Assembly: GCA_017560765.1 (NCBI GenBank)
Contig: JAFZEI010000053.1
Location: 48-64,047, forward strand
Length of the DNA: 64,000 nt
Direction of reading: 5' to 3'
From: Clostridia bacterium
Lineage (GTDB): Bacteria > Bacillota > Clostridia > UBA1212 > UBA1255
In this document: one piece after another, positions 30,546 to 40,833 of the stretch
Numbering within the stretch: position 1 is the first letter of the stretch
Layout: each line of letters opens with the position of its first letter
Position numbers and translations under genes: made by a program
Notes under the pieces: model-generated
Databases searched by the model: none
Told to the model about the DNA's origin: nothing
The model's input: the letters and a program-made list of their open reading frames with translations, nothing else

Positions 30546-30572
30546 TGATAATATATACATTATTAATTATCA
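30546..30572. promoter_or_regulatory. Candidate LysR-type (T-N11-A-like) operator
   Basis: Inverted repeat TGATAAT-N13-ATTATCA in the divergent lysR / membrane-protein-ilvE intergenic region. It is centred about 58 nt upstream of the predicted lysR TSS. Confidence 0.35.
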
Positions 30573-30581
30573 GTAATACAA

Positions 30582-30610
30582 TTGCTTATTTATTATATAT
30601 CTGTTATACT
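30582..30610 (+). promoter_or_regulatory. Sigma-A-type promoter of the LysR gene
   Basis: TTGCTT (30582-30587), 17-nt spacer, extended -10 TGtTATACT (30602-30610). Confidence 0.45.
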
Positions 30611-30641
30611 CTGTTTATAAACAAAACGAAAGGAAATTTTA

Positions 30642-31502
30642 ATGGAATTACAACAATTAAGATATTTTTCGGTAGCAGCAACACAACTGCATATAACACG
30701 TGCGGCAGAAATACTTCATATTGCACAACCTGCTTTAACACAGTCTATTAAACGACTTGAGGATGAGCTTGGTGTTAAACTTTTTATTCGAAATGGAAGA
30801 AATATAATTTTAAGTGATACAGGAAAACTTTTCTTAAAAAAATTAACACCGATACTCCATCAGATTGACATGCTTAAAGACGAGGTACGTGAAGCAGAAG
30901 GAGTATTCCGTCGCACCATTCACGTGAATATACTTGCCGCATCCTCAACTATCACCAATACGCTTATAGAATACAAGAAAAAACATCCTGACGTAGAATT
31001 TCAGCTTACCAGAAATGAAAAAGCAAAAGATTATCATATAGAAATATCTACGCTGCCTTACGGTAGCAAAATTAACAATTTAAATTCAAACTCAATCGAA
31101 GAAGAAATTATGCTTGCAGTGCCGTCTAATTCTGTATATGCACAAAAAGGCAGTGTTTCACTTCGTGAAATTTCTAAGGAAAGTTTTATTAGCTTATCTG
31201 TATTTTTGCCTTTAAGAGAAATATGCGATAACTTCTGCTCTTCTGTTGGTTTTCTTCCCCATATTGCCTTTGAATGTGACAGTCCGGAGGCTCTCAGAAA
31301 TTTAATTACAGCTAATATGGGAGTTGCTTTTTGGCCTGCTTTTTCTTGGGGTATACCTGATAAAAATAACATTTCTCTAATTCCAATTACAGAACCAAAA
31401 CAATGTAAAAGAAACCTAATAATAACAATTAACAGCAAATTTGAGAACTCAGCAATATTAAGAGATTTACATGATTATATAACAAAAGCAATGATATCAA
31501 AA

Positions 31503-31517
<15 letters not shown>
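30642..31517 (+). CDS. LysR-family transcriptional regulator
   Basis: N-terminal wHTH MELQQLRYFSVAATQLHITRAAEILHIAQPALTQSIKRLEDELGVKLF, plus a periplasmic-binding-like effector domain. Confidence 0.9.
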
Positions 31518-33545
<2,028 letters not shown>

Positions 33546-33620
33546 TTAGAATTCATTTATATTATTATACAACAAAAGTTACACATTAAAAAACCTTTTT
33601 TTGAAATTATATCCCCATTG

Positions 33621-33666
33621 CAAGAAAAAGCTCTGAGACCATATTAGAATGAATCTCAGAGCTTTA
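33621..33666 (-). terminator. Intrinsic terminator of paralog B
   Basis: 9-bp GC-containing stem gctctgaga (33630-33638) / tctcagagc (33654-33662). On the minus strand it is followed by TTTTTCTT. Confidence 0.75.
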
Positions 33667-33690
33667 TTTAAATTTTTTGTTTAATACAAA

Positions 33691-36600
33691 TTATTTCGCT
33701 ACAATGGTTACAGGCTGTGAATAAATATACACTGTGTTTCCATCGTTCAAATTGTAAGAATAACAGAATACAACAACAGAAGTTCCAGCTTCGCTTGCTG
33801 TTACGCTTGAACCGTTATACGAAATATTCGTATTACCGTCAACTACAACCATAGTCGCAGCAGTTGTTGTAGTCACTTTTTCAGCGTATGTCTTCGTCTT
33901 TACAGGTACAGAAACTGAACCGCCCACATTTACTGTATAACCTGTTTTATCAGTATACAATCTCTCAATATAATCTGTAGCATAGTTCGTTCTATTCGTT
34001 GTAATACCCCAAAGTCCCATTGCAAAGAAATCATCAAAGATTGCAGTATCATCTATTGTATATGGCCAGATAGTTAATCCTCTGTGCGCACATTCATTGA
34101 TTAATTCCTCTGTAAGGAGCTTGTAATTTGGGTTACAAGTAGAATTATAATGTGTATAATTCTGTAAAGCCGTTTGCAAATTAGGCATGTCACCAAGTAA
34201 ACCAGTCGAAATTCCGGGAATTTGTGCTCTTACTCTGTTAATTTGATCTTGGCTGAAAGCAATAATGCAACATTGATCAAGAATATCATATTTATCAATA
34301 AGAGCCTTTATAGCCGGAACAATTGCGCTTTTATCAGTTTTAATCTCCATGTACATTATCGTACCTGTTCCCTTAAATGCTTTGAAGTAATCCTCCAATG
34401 TAGGGATATTTTCAGAGAAACCTGAGAAATAATCTACTTTATACTTGCTGACTTGAGCGTATGTCATATCCTCAAGAACACCGGTACCATTTGTTCTGGC
34501 ATCAATTGTTTTGTCGTGCATTGCCATTACAACGCCGTCTGTTGTAATTTGAAGGTCCATCTCAACAATAGCCGCACCGTATTCAACTGCCTTTTGAGCA
34601 CTAATTACAGTATTTTCGGGAGCTTTGTGTCTAAAGCCCATGTGTCCTACTATTGCCACAGGTCTAATTAAAGATATACCTTTAAACAGCGTCTTGTTCT
34701 CTACACAAGCTTCGAAATCTGCTCTGTTAGTTGTAACTACACCGGCAGCTCCTGCTGTGATAAATTTATAGAACTCAACAGCATTGTTATCTTTAGATTT
34801 ATACCACACTGTAGTAGCAAGATTTGTAAGCAATGTTGTGTTGATATCAGTGGCTAAAGAAGCCGGAAGTATAACGACTCTGCTGCCATAAGTATTTGCT
34901 TGCTCACGTACTACTGTAAGATCCGTAATAGCAGCGTCTGACAAATCATAAATACCGCGTACCTTTGTGTATATCGAACGAACTTGTGTAATAAGCTTAC
35001 CATTTGTTGATACAACAAACACATCATACAATCCGTTTGCTTTAAGGAAATATGCCAACTCTGTAGCTTCTGCAGTTTTATCAAGTCTGAAGGCCGGAAT
35101 AATACCGCTTGAAAGTTCAAATAAAGCCTCAGGAATTGTACAAATAACATTATTATCTTTATCTACGACATTTAAATTACTATCAATAGACAATATAACT
35201 GTTGTAGGTGAATTTTTATGGATATTTGCAAAATCCTCTGATGTTTCAACTTCAAATACCATTGAAGGAGGAACAGAAATATTCGTTGTAAACTCTCTTA
35301 CATCAACAGTAGGTGCCACGTGTGAATGAACCTTGTCAAAATCGATTGTAACCTTGATATAGTCGGCTACAGCAGTCGCTCCGTCACCTGTTTGGAAACC
35401 TACGTTTCCTTTCTTGTAGTCAGTGAAAGCATCACTTACGTTAAACATCTGCTTTCCGCCAAGGTAACCTATTGCATCATCTCCGTAAATCGATAATGAC
35501 ATAGGATACATTTTGCTTGAGCTGATTGTTTCTGTATAAGAAGTTTTACCTTGATATTCCCAACTGCCTGAACTGTTCTTTTCAGCAAATTCAACACCAT
35601 TTTCAGCTTTTGCATTTTGGCGAATCGCAAATTGGTAGAAAGGATAATTGTTGTTTTGAACTCTATGCATAACAGATAACCAGCGGGACGAATTGCTCAC
35701 TGTCTTAAATGTTAAGCTTGTGTTAATTGTATAATCACCAAAGTCTGAAACAAAAGAAGGTAATAATACACTGGAGACCGGTTGGAGTGTCAAAACACCA
35801 TCGGATAATGAAGCAGATCCCTTACCAATAGTAAGTTCGTCTAAATCTGTTGCATCATTAAAGTCATTGTAATAAAGAACATACTCAGAATCTGTAGGAT
35901 TCTTAACGATAAGATAAATTACCTTCTTTAATGAGCCGCATGTTGCATTAATTTTGTATATGCCTGCATCAGAAGCTGTTATTTTATCCTCACTGTCAAT
36001 AGATATCTCTGTAGATGACCATTTAATCTTTTCTCCGGTGTAAATTTTACCGTTTTGAGCAAATTGAACATTGTAATTATCCAAATCCAAGGAGAAACCT
36101 ACATTTGCAGGAATAGCAGGTGCATTGTAAAATACTGTGCTTTCCGTACCGTTAACAAGCGAAACCTTGTTTATTTCATATTTCTTTGCAGCATTGTCAT
36201 CAAATGTCCATAACTGTACATTTGCACCGTTAGCTGTAGAACCACCTGAAATATCCATAACACATTCATACGCACAAACAGGAATGAATACATAATAACC
36301 ATTTCTATCATAGATTCTCCATTTTTGACCATTTGAACCTGTAAATGAATATGAAATTATATTAGTACCTGCTGTAGAACCTGATGAAGTTGCAGCCAAG
36401 AACTGTCCATTACCAAGATTCTGAATAAAGTAAGTACCATCAGAATTTTTAACAAAACGCCAAATTTGGCTTGCGTCTGTAGTTGGTGCACTGATAACTA
36501 CATTTGTGCCTGATAAGCTTATGTTTTTACCAACACTTGATTCAGAAATTCTCGCATAGAAATCATCACCTAAATCTGCAGGCTTATTGTTATACAGAGA

Positions 36601-39600
36601 AATAAGTTTTGTGTAAGCGTAAACCGTATCAAAGTCTACCGTAACTTTAATAGAATCAAACACACCGGTAGAATCCGCAGTTTGAATACCAATATCACCT
36701 ACAGCATAAGAAGTGAAAGCAGATGATTCAAGCACCTTTTTAGAATTAATATAACCTTTTGCGTTATTTCCGTATACGTATAATTTTAAAGAATACAGCT
36801 TCGCTGAATCAATTTTCTCGGTATATGATGTTTTTCCTTGGTAACCCCAACCACCTGAACTGTTCTTTTCAGCAAACTCAATACCATTCTCAACTGTTGC
36901 ATCTTTTCTGATTGCAAATTGATAGAAAGGATAACTGCTGTTTTGCACACGGTGCATAATTGACATCCATCTTGTGCTGTTTTTGCTATCTGTAATAGAA
37001 GCACTTGCATCAATTGTATAATTACCGAAGCCGCTGATATAAGCAGGAAGCAATAATGTTTTTGTTCCTTTAATAATTAATCTGCCGTTTGAAACAGACA
37101 GTGTTCCGGCACCTGCAATACTTCTGAAATCACTTAAATCGCTACTGTTAAAATCGTTATAATATAAAACGTATTCTTTATCTGTAGGATTCTTTGCAAT
37201 AATGTAAATCTTTTTAGTCGAAGAACCGGATTTAGCAACGAGCTCATAAACTCCCGGTACAGTTACATCAACCTTACCATCACTGATTGTAATAGCAGAA
37301 GAAGACCATGTTATGTTTGATTTTGAAGTAATTTTAGAATTCAATGTAAATTGAACATGGTAATTATTAAGATCAACAACATCACCTACATTAGCCGAAA
37401 TAGCCGGTGTAGTATGCCAAATAACATTTTCTCTTCCATCTTTTACTTCAACCTTTAAGATGTCAAATTTCTTGGAATTATTAGTATCATCATTATAAGA
37501 CCAAAGCTGTATATTTGTACCGTTAGCAGTTGAACCGCTTGCAAAGTCCATTACTGCAGCATGTGAACATGTTGGCACAATTACGTAACCGCCATTTGCA
37601 TAATAAATATTCCAATGCTGACCTTTAGAACCTGTATAAGTGTATGCATGGATATTCGTTCCGTTTGCACTTTTAGAACTTTCTGCACACAAGTATTTTC
37701 CGTTGCTTTGATTGCGGATAACGTATGAGCCATCTGCTTTTCTTGTAAATCTCCAAATTTGGCTGTCATCTCCTGTAGGAGTACTAATCATAACATTATC
37801 TGTGTCGGAAAGTGTGAGGTTCTTACCTGCTTTAGATTCAGAGATTCTAGCAAGGAAGTCATCTCCTAAATTGATTATTTCACCGGAGCGCAAAGTGGAA
37901 ACTCTTGCATAAGCATAAACTTTATTAAATTCTATAAACACCTTTATAGAATCATACTCGGCTGTAATATTTGATCCCGTACGGAATCCAATATCACCAA
38001 CGGCATAATCAGTATAAGCAGACGATGACAATAATAATTTTGTATTAATAAAACCTCTTAATTGATTTTGATAAACAAAAATCTTGTAATCATATAACTT
38101 TGAAGCATTAATGGCCTCTGTGAAAGATTTTTTACCTTGATATTCAAATGTACCTGAGTTGTTCTTTTCAGAAAACTCAACACCATTAGAAGCATTCGCA
38201 CCTTTTCTGATTGTCATTTGATAGAAAGGATAATCTTTTTTCTGCACACGGAACATGATTGATTTAAATCTATCTGCTGCAGTTGCAGTTTTAATTGTAC
38301 CGCGAGCATAAATTGTATAATCACCAAATTCACCTACATATGCAGGAAGCAATACTCTCTTAGCGTTTGTGATTACTAATCTGCCGTTTGAGATCTTTAC
38401 TGTGCCTGCACCGTCAATTACTCTCAATTCATTTAACTTAGATGCACTGTTAAAATCGTTGTAATACAAAACATGCTCAGTATCACTTGCTTTTTTTGCA
38501 ATAATATAAATCTTCTTTGTTGTGCTGCCACTCTTAGCGGTAAGAGCAAAAACACCTGAATTGGGAACAGTAACTTTACCATCCGTAACAGTAAGCACAT
38601 CGGATGACCATGTAATCGAAGATTTATTTGTAATTTTTGAATTCAAAGCAAATTGAACGTGATAATCACTAAGTGTAATAACATCACCCACATTTGCAGG
38701 AATTGCAGGAGCTGTAAACCAAATTACATTTTCTCTGTTATCTTTTATATCAACTTTTAAAATTTCATATTTTTTAGCTGCATTATCATCAAATCCCGAT
38801 AATTGCACATTCGTACCATTAGCGGTTTTTGCTCCGGCAACATCCATTGTAGCTGCATAGGAACAAGATGGAACGAATACATATTTACCGTTTTTATTAT
38901 AAATATGCCAACGCTGACCTGCAGCACCTGTGTATGCTTCAACAAGTATATTCGTTCCGTTTGCACTTGCTGAACCGGCCGCTGTTAAATACAGACCATT
39001 GCTTTGGTTGCGAATAATGTATGAACCATCAACATTTCTTTTAAAATACCAAATTTGGCTGTCATTACCTGCAGGAGAATTGATTACAACATTGTTTGAA
39101 GAAAGTGTAAGATTCTTGTATGCACCTGATTCAGATATTCTTGCATAAAAATCAGTACCAACGTCTGCTATATCTTTACTGTAAAGATTTGCAAGCTTTG
39201 TGTAACTGTATATTTGCGCAAAATCAATATAAACTTTTATTGAATCATAGTGAACTGTAATATTGGCACCTGTACGGAATCCAATATCACCAATCGCATA
39301 ATCAGTATATGCTGATGAAGATAAAAGTAATTTTGTATTAATATATCCTTTTAAATTATTCTGATATATCTGAATTTTGTAATCATATAACTTCGATGCA
39401 TTAATTTCCTCTGTAAATGCAACTTTGCCTTGATATTCAAATGATCCGGAGCTGTTCTTCTCAGAGAATTCTACACCATTTGAAGCATTTGCACCTTTTC
39501 TGATTGTCATTTGATAGAACGGATAATCTTTTTTCTGCACACGGAACATGATTGTCTTAAATCTATCTGCAGCAGTTGCGGAAGCAATAGTACCGCGAGC

Positions 39601-40560
39601 ATGTATTGAGTAGTCTCCAAATTCTCCTACAAACGCAGGAAGCAATACTCTCTTTGCATTTGTGATGACTAATTTGCCATTCGAAATCTTAACAGTACCG
39701 GCTCCGTCAATTACTCTCAATTCATTTAACTTAGCTGCACTATTAAAGTCATTGTAATACAAAACGTAATCAGTATCAGATGTCTTCTTTGAAATTAAAT
39801 AAATTTTCTTCGTTGTGCTGCCATTTTTTGCATTAAGAACGAAAACGCCTGCAGCAGAAACCTTAACTTTACCATCTGTTATAGTAATATCACTTGATGT
39901 CCAAGTAATCTTAGAACTTGGAGTTAACGAAGAATTCAAAGAGTATTGTACATGGTAATCATTAAGATTAATCGTGTCACCTACATTCGCAGGTATGGCC
40001 GGTGCAGTAAACCAAATTACATTTTCAAAATTTTTGCTCACATTTGCTTTTAAAATATCAAACTTCCCGGAGAAGCTGCTATCAATCGCATAAAGCTGAA
40101 CATTTGCACCGTTTGATGTGCTGCCATTTGCTATGTCCATTGAACATGCCGAAGTACACGCAGGAACAAATGAATAATGTCCGTCAAGTTCACATACATA
40201 CCATTTTTCTCCTGTTGCCCCTGTCGAATCTGCAGTAACTATATTGGTCCCCGATGCTGTGCCTGAATTAGAAGCACAGAGAACCTTACCATTACCTTGA
40301 TTGTATATGGTATATGTACCATCCGTATTCCTAATAAAACGCCAAAGCTGAGCAGTGGCACGTGCAGGAGCATTAATCACTACATTAGTACCTGATAAGG
40401 CAAGATTCTTTCCCGAACCTGCTTCAGCTATTCTTGCACAAAAATCGTCACCTAAATCTGCAGAGACAAGCTCTGTTGCAACTGAACTAATAGGTACATA
40501 TGATACCATGAGAACAAATACAAGCAGAAAAGCCATAACTCTTTTTAGATTTCCACTCAT
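33691..40560 (-). CDS. Giant secreted lectin-phosphodiesterase, paralog B. Order: signal peptide; 4x [ricin beta-trefoil / Ig-like / ConA-like DUF1080-like]; degenerate GDPD-like domain; GDPD domain; C-terminal Ig-like domain
   Basis: Track ORF 33691-40608. The start was set at Met17 (CAT 40558-40560), with GAAAGGGG 8 nt upstream, giving MSGNLKRVMAFLLVFVLMVSYVPISSVA. (QxW)3-like motifs occur in each lectin, e.g. AQLWRF / EKWYV / GKFDI. The GDPD motif is GHMGFRHKAPENT...VEMDLQITTDGVVMAMHD. Confidence 0.9.
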   Translation of the reverse strand: MSGNLKRVMAFLLVFVLMVSYVPISSVATELVSADLGDDFCARIAEAGSGKNLALSGTNVVINAPARATAQLWRFIRNTDGTYTIYNQGNGKVLCASNSGTASGTNIVTADSTGATGEKWYVCELDGHYSFVPACTSACSMDIANGSTSNGANVQLYAIDSSFSGKFDILKANVSKNFENVIWFTAPAIPANVGDTINLNDYHVQYSLNSSLTPSSKITWTSSDITITDGKVKVSAAGVFVLNAKNGSTTKKIYLISKKTSDTDYVLYYNDFNSAAKLNELRVIDGAGTVKISNGKLVITNAKRVLLPAFVGEFGDYSIHARGTIASATAADRFKTIMFRVQKKDYPFYQMTIRKGANASNGVEFSEKNSSGSFEYQGKVAFTEEINASKLYDYKIQIYQNNLKGYINTKLLLSSSAYTDYAIGDIGFRTGANITVHYDSIKVYIDFAQIYSYTKLANLYSKDIADVGTDFYARISESGAYKNLTLSSNNVVINSPAGNDSQIWYFKRNVDGSYIIRNQSNGLYLTAAGSASANGTNILVEAYTGAAGQRWHIYNKNGKYVFVPSCSYAATMDVAGAKTANGTNVQLSGFDDNAAKKYEILKVDIKDNRENVIWFTAPAIPANVGDVITLSDYHVQFALNSKITNKSSITWSSDVLTVTDGKVTVPNSGVFALTAKSGSTTKKIYIIAKKASDTEHVLYYNDFNSASKLNELRVIDGAGTVKISNGRLVITNAKRVLLPAYVGEFGDYTIYARGTIKTATAADRFKSIMFRVQKKDYPFYQMTIRKGANASNGVEFSEKNNSGTFEYQGKKSFTEAINASKLYDYKIFVYQNQLRGFINTKLLLSSSAYTDYAVGDIGFRTGSNITAEYDSIKVFIEFNKVYAYARVSTLRSGEIINLGDDFLARISESKAGKNLTLSDTDNVMISTPTGDDSQIWRFTRKADGSYVIRNQSNGKYLCAESSKSANGTNIHAYTYTGSKGQHWNIYYANGGYVIVPTCSHAAVMDFASGSTANGTNIQLWSYNDDTNNSKKFDILKVEVKDGRENVIWHTTPAISANVGDVVDLNNYHVQFTLNSKITSKSNITWSSSAITISDGKVDVTVPGVYELVAKSGSSTKKIYIIAKNPTDKEYVLYYNDFNSSDLSDFRSIAGAGTLSVSNGRLIIKGTKTLLLPAYISGFGNYTIDASASITDSKNSTRWMSIMHRVQNSSYPFYQFAIRKDATVENGIEFAEKNSSGGWGYQGKTSYTEKIDSAKLYSLKLYVYGNNAKGYINSKKVLESSAFTSYAVGDIGIQTADSTGVFDSIKVTVDFDTVYAYTKLISLYNNKPADLGDDFYARISESSVGKNISLSGTNVVISAPTTDASQIWRFVKNSDGTYFIQNLGNGQFLAATSSGSTAGTNIISYSFTGSNGQKWRIYDRNGYYVFIPVCAYECVMDISGGSTANGANVQLWTFDDNAAKKYEINKVSLVNGTESTVFYNAPAIPANVGFSLDLDNYNVQFAQNGKIYTGEKIKWSSTEISIDSEDKITASDAGIYKINATCGSLKKVIYLIVKNPTDSEYVLYYNDFNDATDLDELTIGKGSASLSDGVLTLQPVSSVLLPSFVSDFGDYTINTSLTFKTVSNSSRWLSVMHRVQNNNYPFYQFAIRQNAKAENGVEFAEKNSSGSWEYQGKTSYTETISSSKMYPMSLSIYGDDAIGYLGGKQMFNVSDAFTDYKKGNVGFQTGDGATAVADYIKVTIDFDKVHSHVAPTVDVREFTTNISVPPSMVFEVETSEDFANIHKNSPTTVILSIDSNLNVVDKDNNVICTIPEALFELSSGIIPAFRLDKTAEATELAYFLKANGLYDVFVVSTNGKLITQVRSIYTKVRGIYDLSDAAITDLTVVREQANTYGSRVVILPASLATDINTTLLTNLATTVWYKSKDNNAVEFYKFITAGAAGVVTTNRADFEACVENKTLFKGISLIRPVAIVGHMGFRHKAPENTVISAQKAVEYGAAIVEMDLQITTDGVVMAMHDKTIDARTNGTGVLEDMTYAQVSKYKVDYFSGFSENIPTLEDYFKAFKGTGTIMYMEIKTDKSAIVPAIKALIDKYDILDQCCIIAFSQDQINRVRAQIPGISTGLLGDMPNLQTALQNYTHYNSTCNPNYKLLTEELINECAHRGLTIWPYTIDDTAIFDDFFAMGLWGITTNRTNYATDYIERLYTDKTGYTVNVGGSVSVPVKTKTYAEKVTTTTAATMVVVDGNTNISYNGSSVTASEAGTSVVVFCYSYNLNDGNTVYIYSQPVTIVAK
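33967..34665 (-). other. GDPD (glycerophosphodiester phosphodiesterase-fold) catalytic domain of paralog B
   Basis: H-x-G...PENT...E-x-D...HD signature, and a C-terminal WGITTNR equivalent to the GDPD 'GvdgiiTD' end. Confidence 0.75.
35329..40458 (-). repeat. Intragenic tandem array: 4 copies of an approx 1.29-kb (429-433 codon) lectin/Ig/ConA-like module
   Basis: Module starts (D/N-LGDDF) map to 40458, 39165, 37872 and 36576. The conserved Met of M(F/H)RVQ maps to 39549, 38256, 36957 and 35670. Segments 39491-39570 and 38198-38277 differ at 3 of 80 nt by eye. Confidence 0.9.
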
Positions 40561-40645
40561 GCAAAAAACCCCTTTCATTGTGTATAATATTTTGTCATTA
40601 CAGCTCAAAAAAGCATAAACTTATCCGAGGATAATACTTATTGTA

Positions 40646-40673
40646 AGTATAACACATTTTTATCATAAAGCAA
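40646..40673 (-). promoter_or_regulatory. Sigma-A-type promoter of paralog B
   Basis: On the minus strand: TTGCTT (40673-40668), 16-nt spacer, extended -10 TGtTATACT (40654-40646). Confidence 0.45.
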
Positions 40674-40737
40674 TCATAATCTTAAAAAAGTAAATAAATT
40701 GTTAACAACGATTTCACTCTTTGACTTTTTCAAAAAC

Positions 40738-40784
40738 GTCAAAAAAAGCTCCGAAACTCACGTTATCATGAATTTCGGAGCTTT
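40738..40784 (-). terminator. Intrinsic terminator of paralog C
   Basis: Stem gctccgaaa (40748-40756) / tttcggagc (40773-40781), followed on the minus strand by T7. Confidence 0.78.
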
Positions 40785-40833
40785 AAACCTCACATTAAAA
40801 TTGTAATTTTAATATTTGTAGTTTTATGACCTA

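Noticed and set aside
34967-35329. 120-aa + strand ORF and about 20 further 60-112-aa ORFs inside paralogs B and C on either strand (e.g. 43081-43383, 43167-43505, 45954-46187).
   Set aside because: All lie inside the two giant ORFs, whose frames are supported by repeated, mutually similar protein modules. The small ORFs are not conserved between repeat copies.
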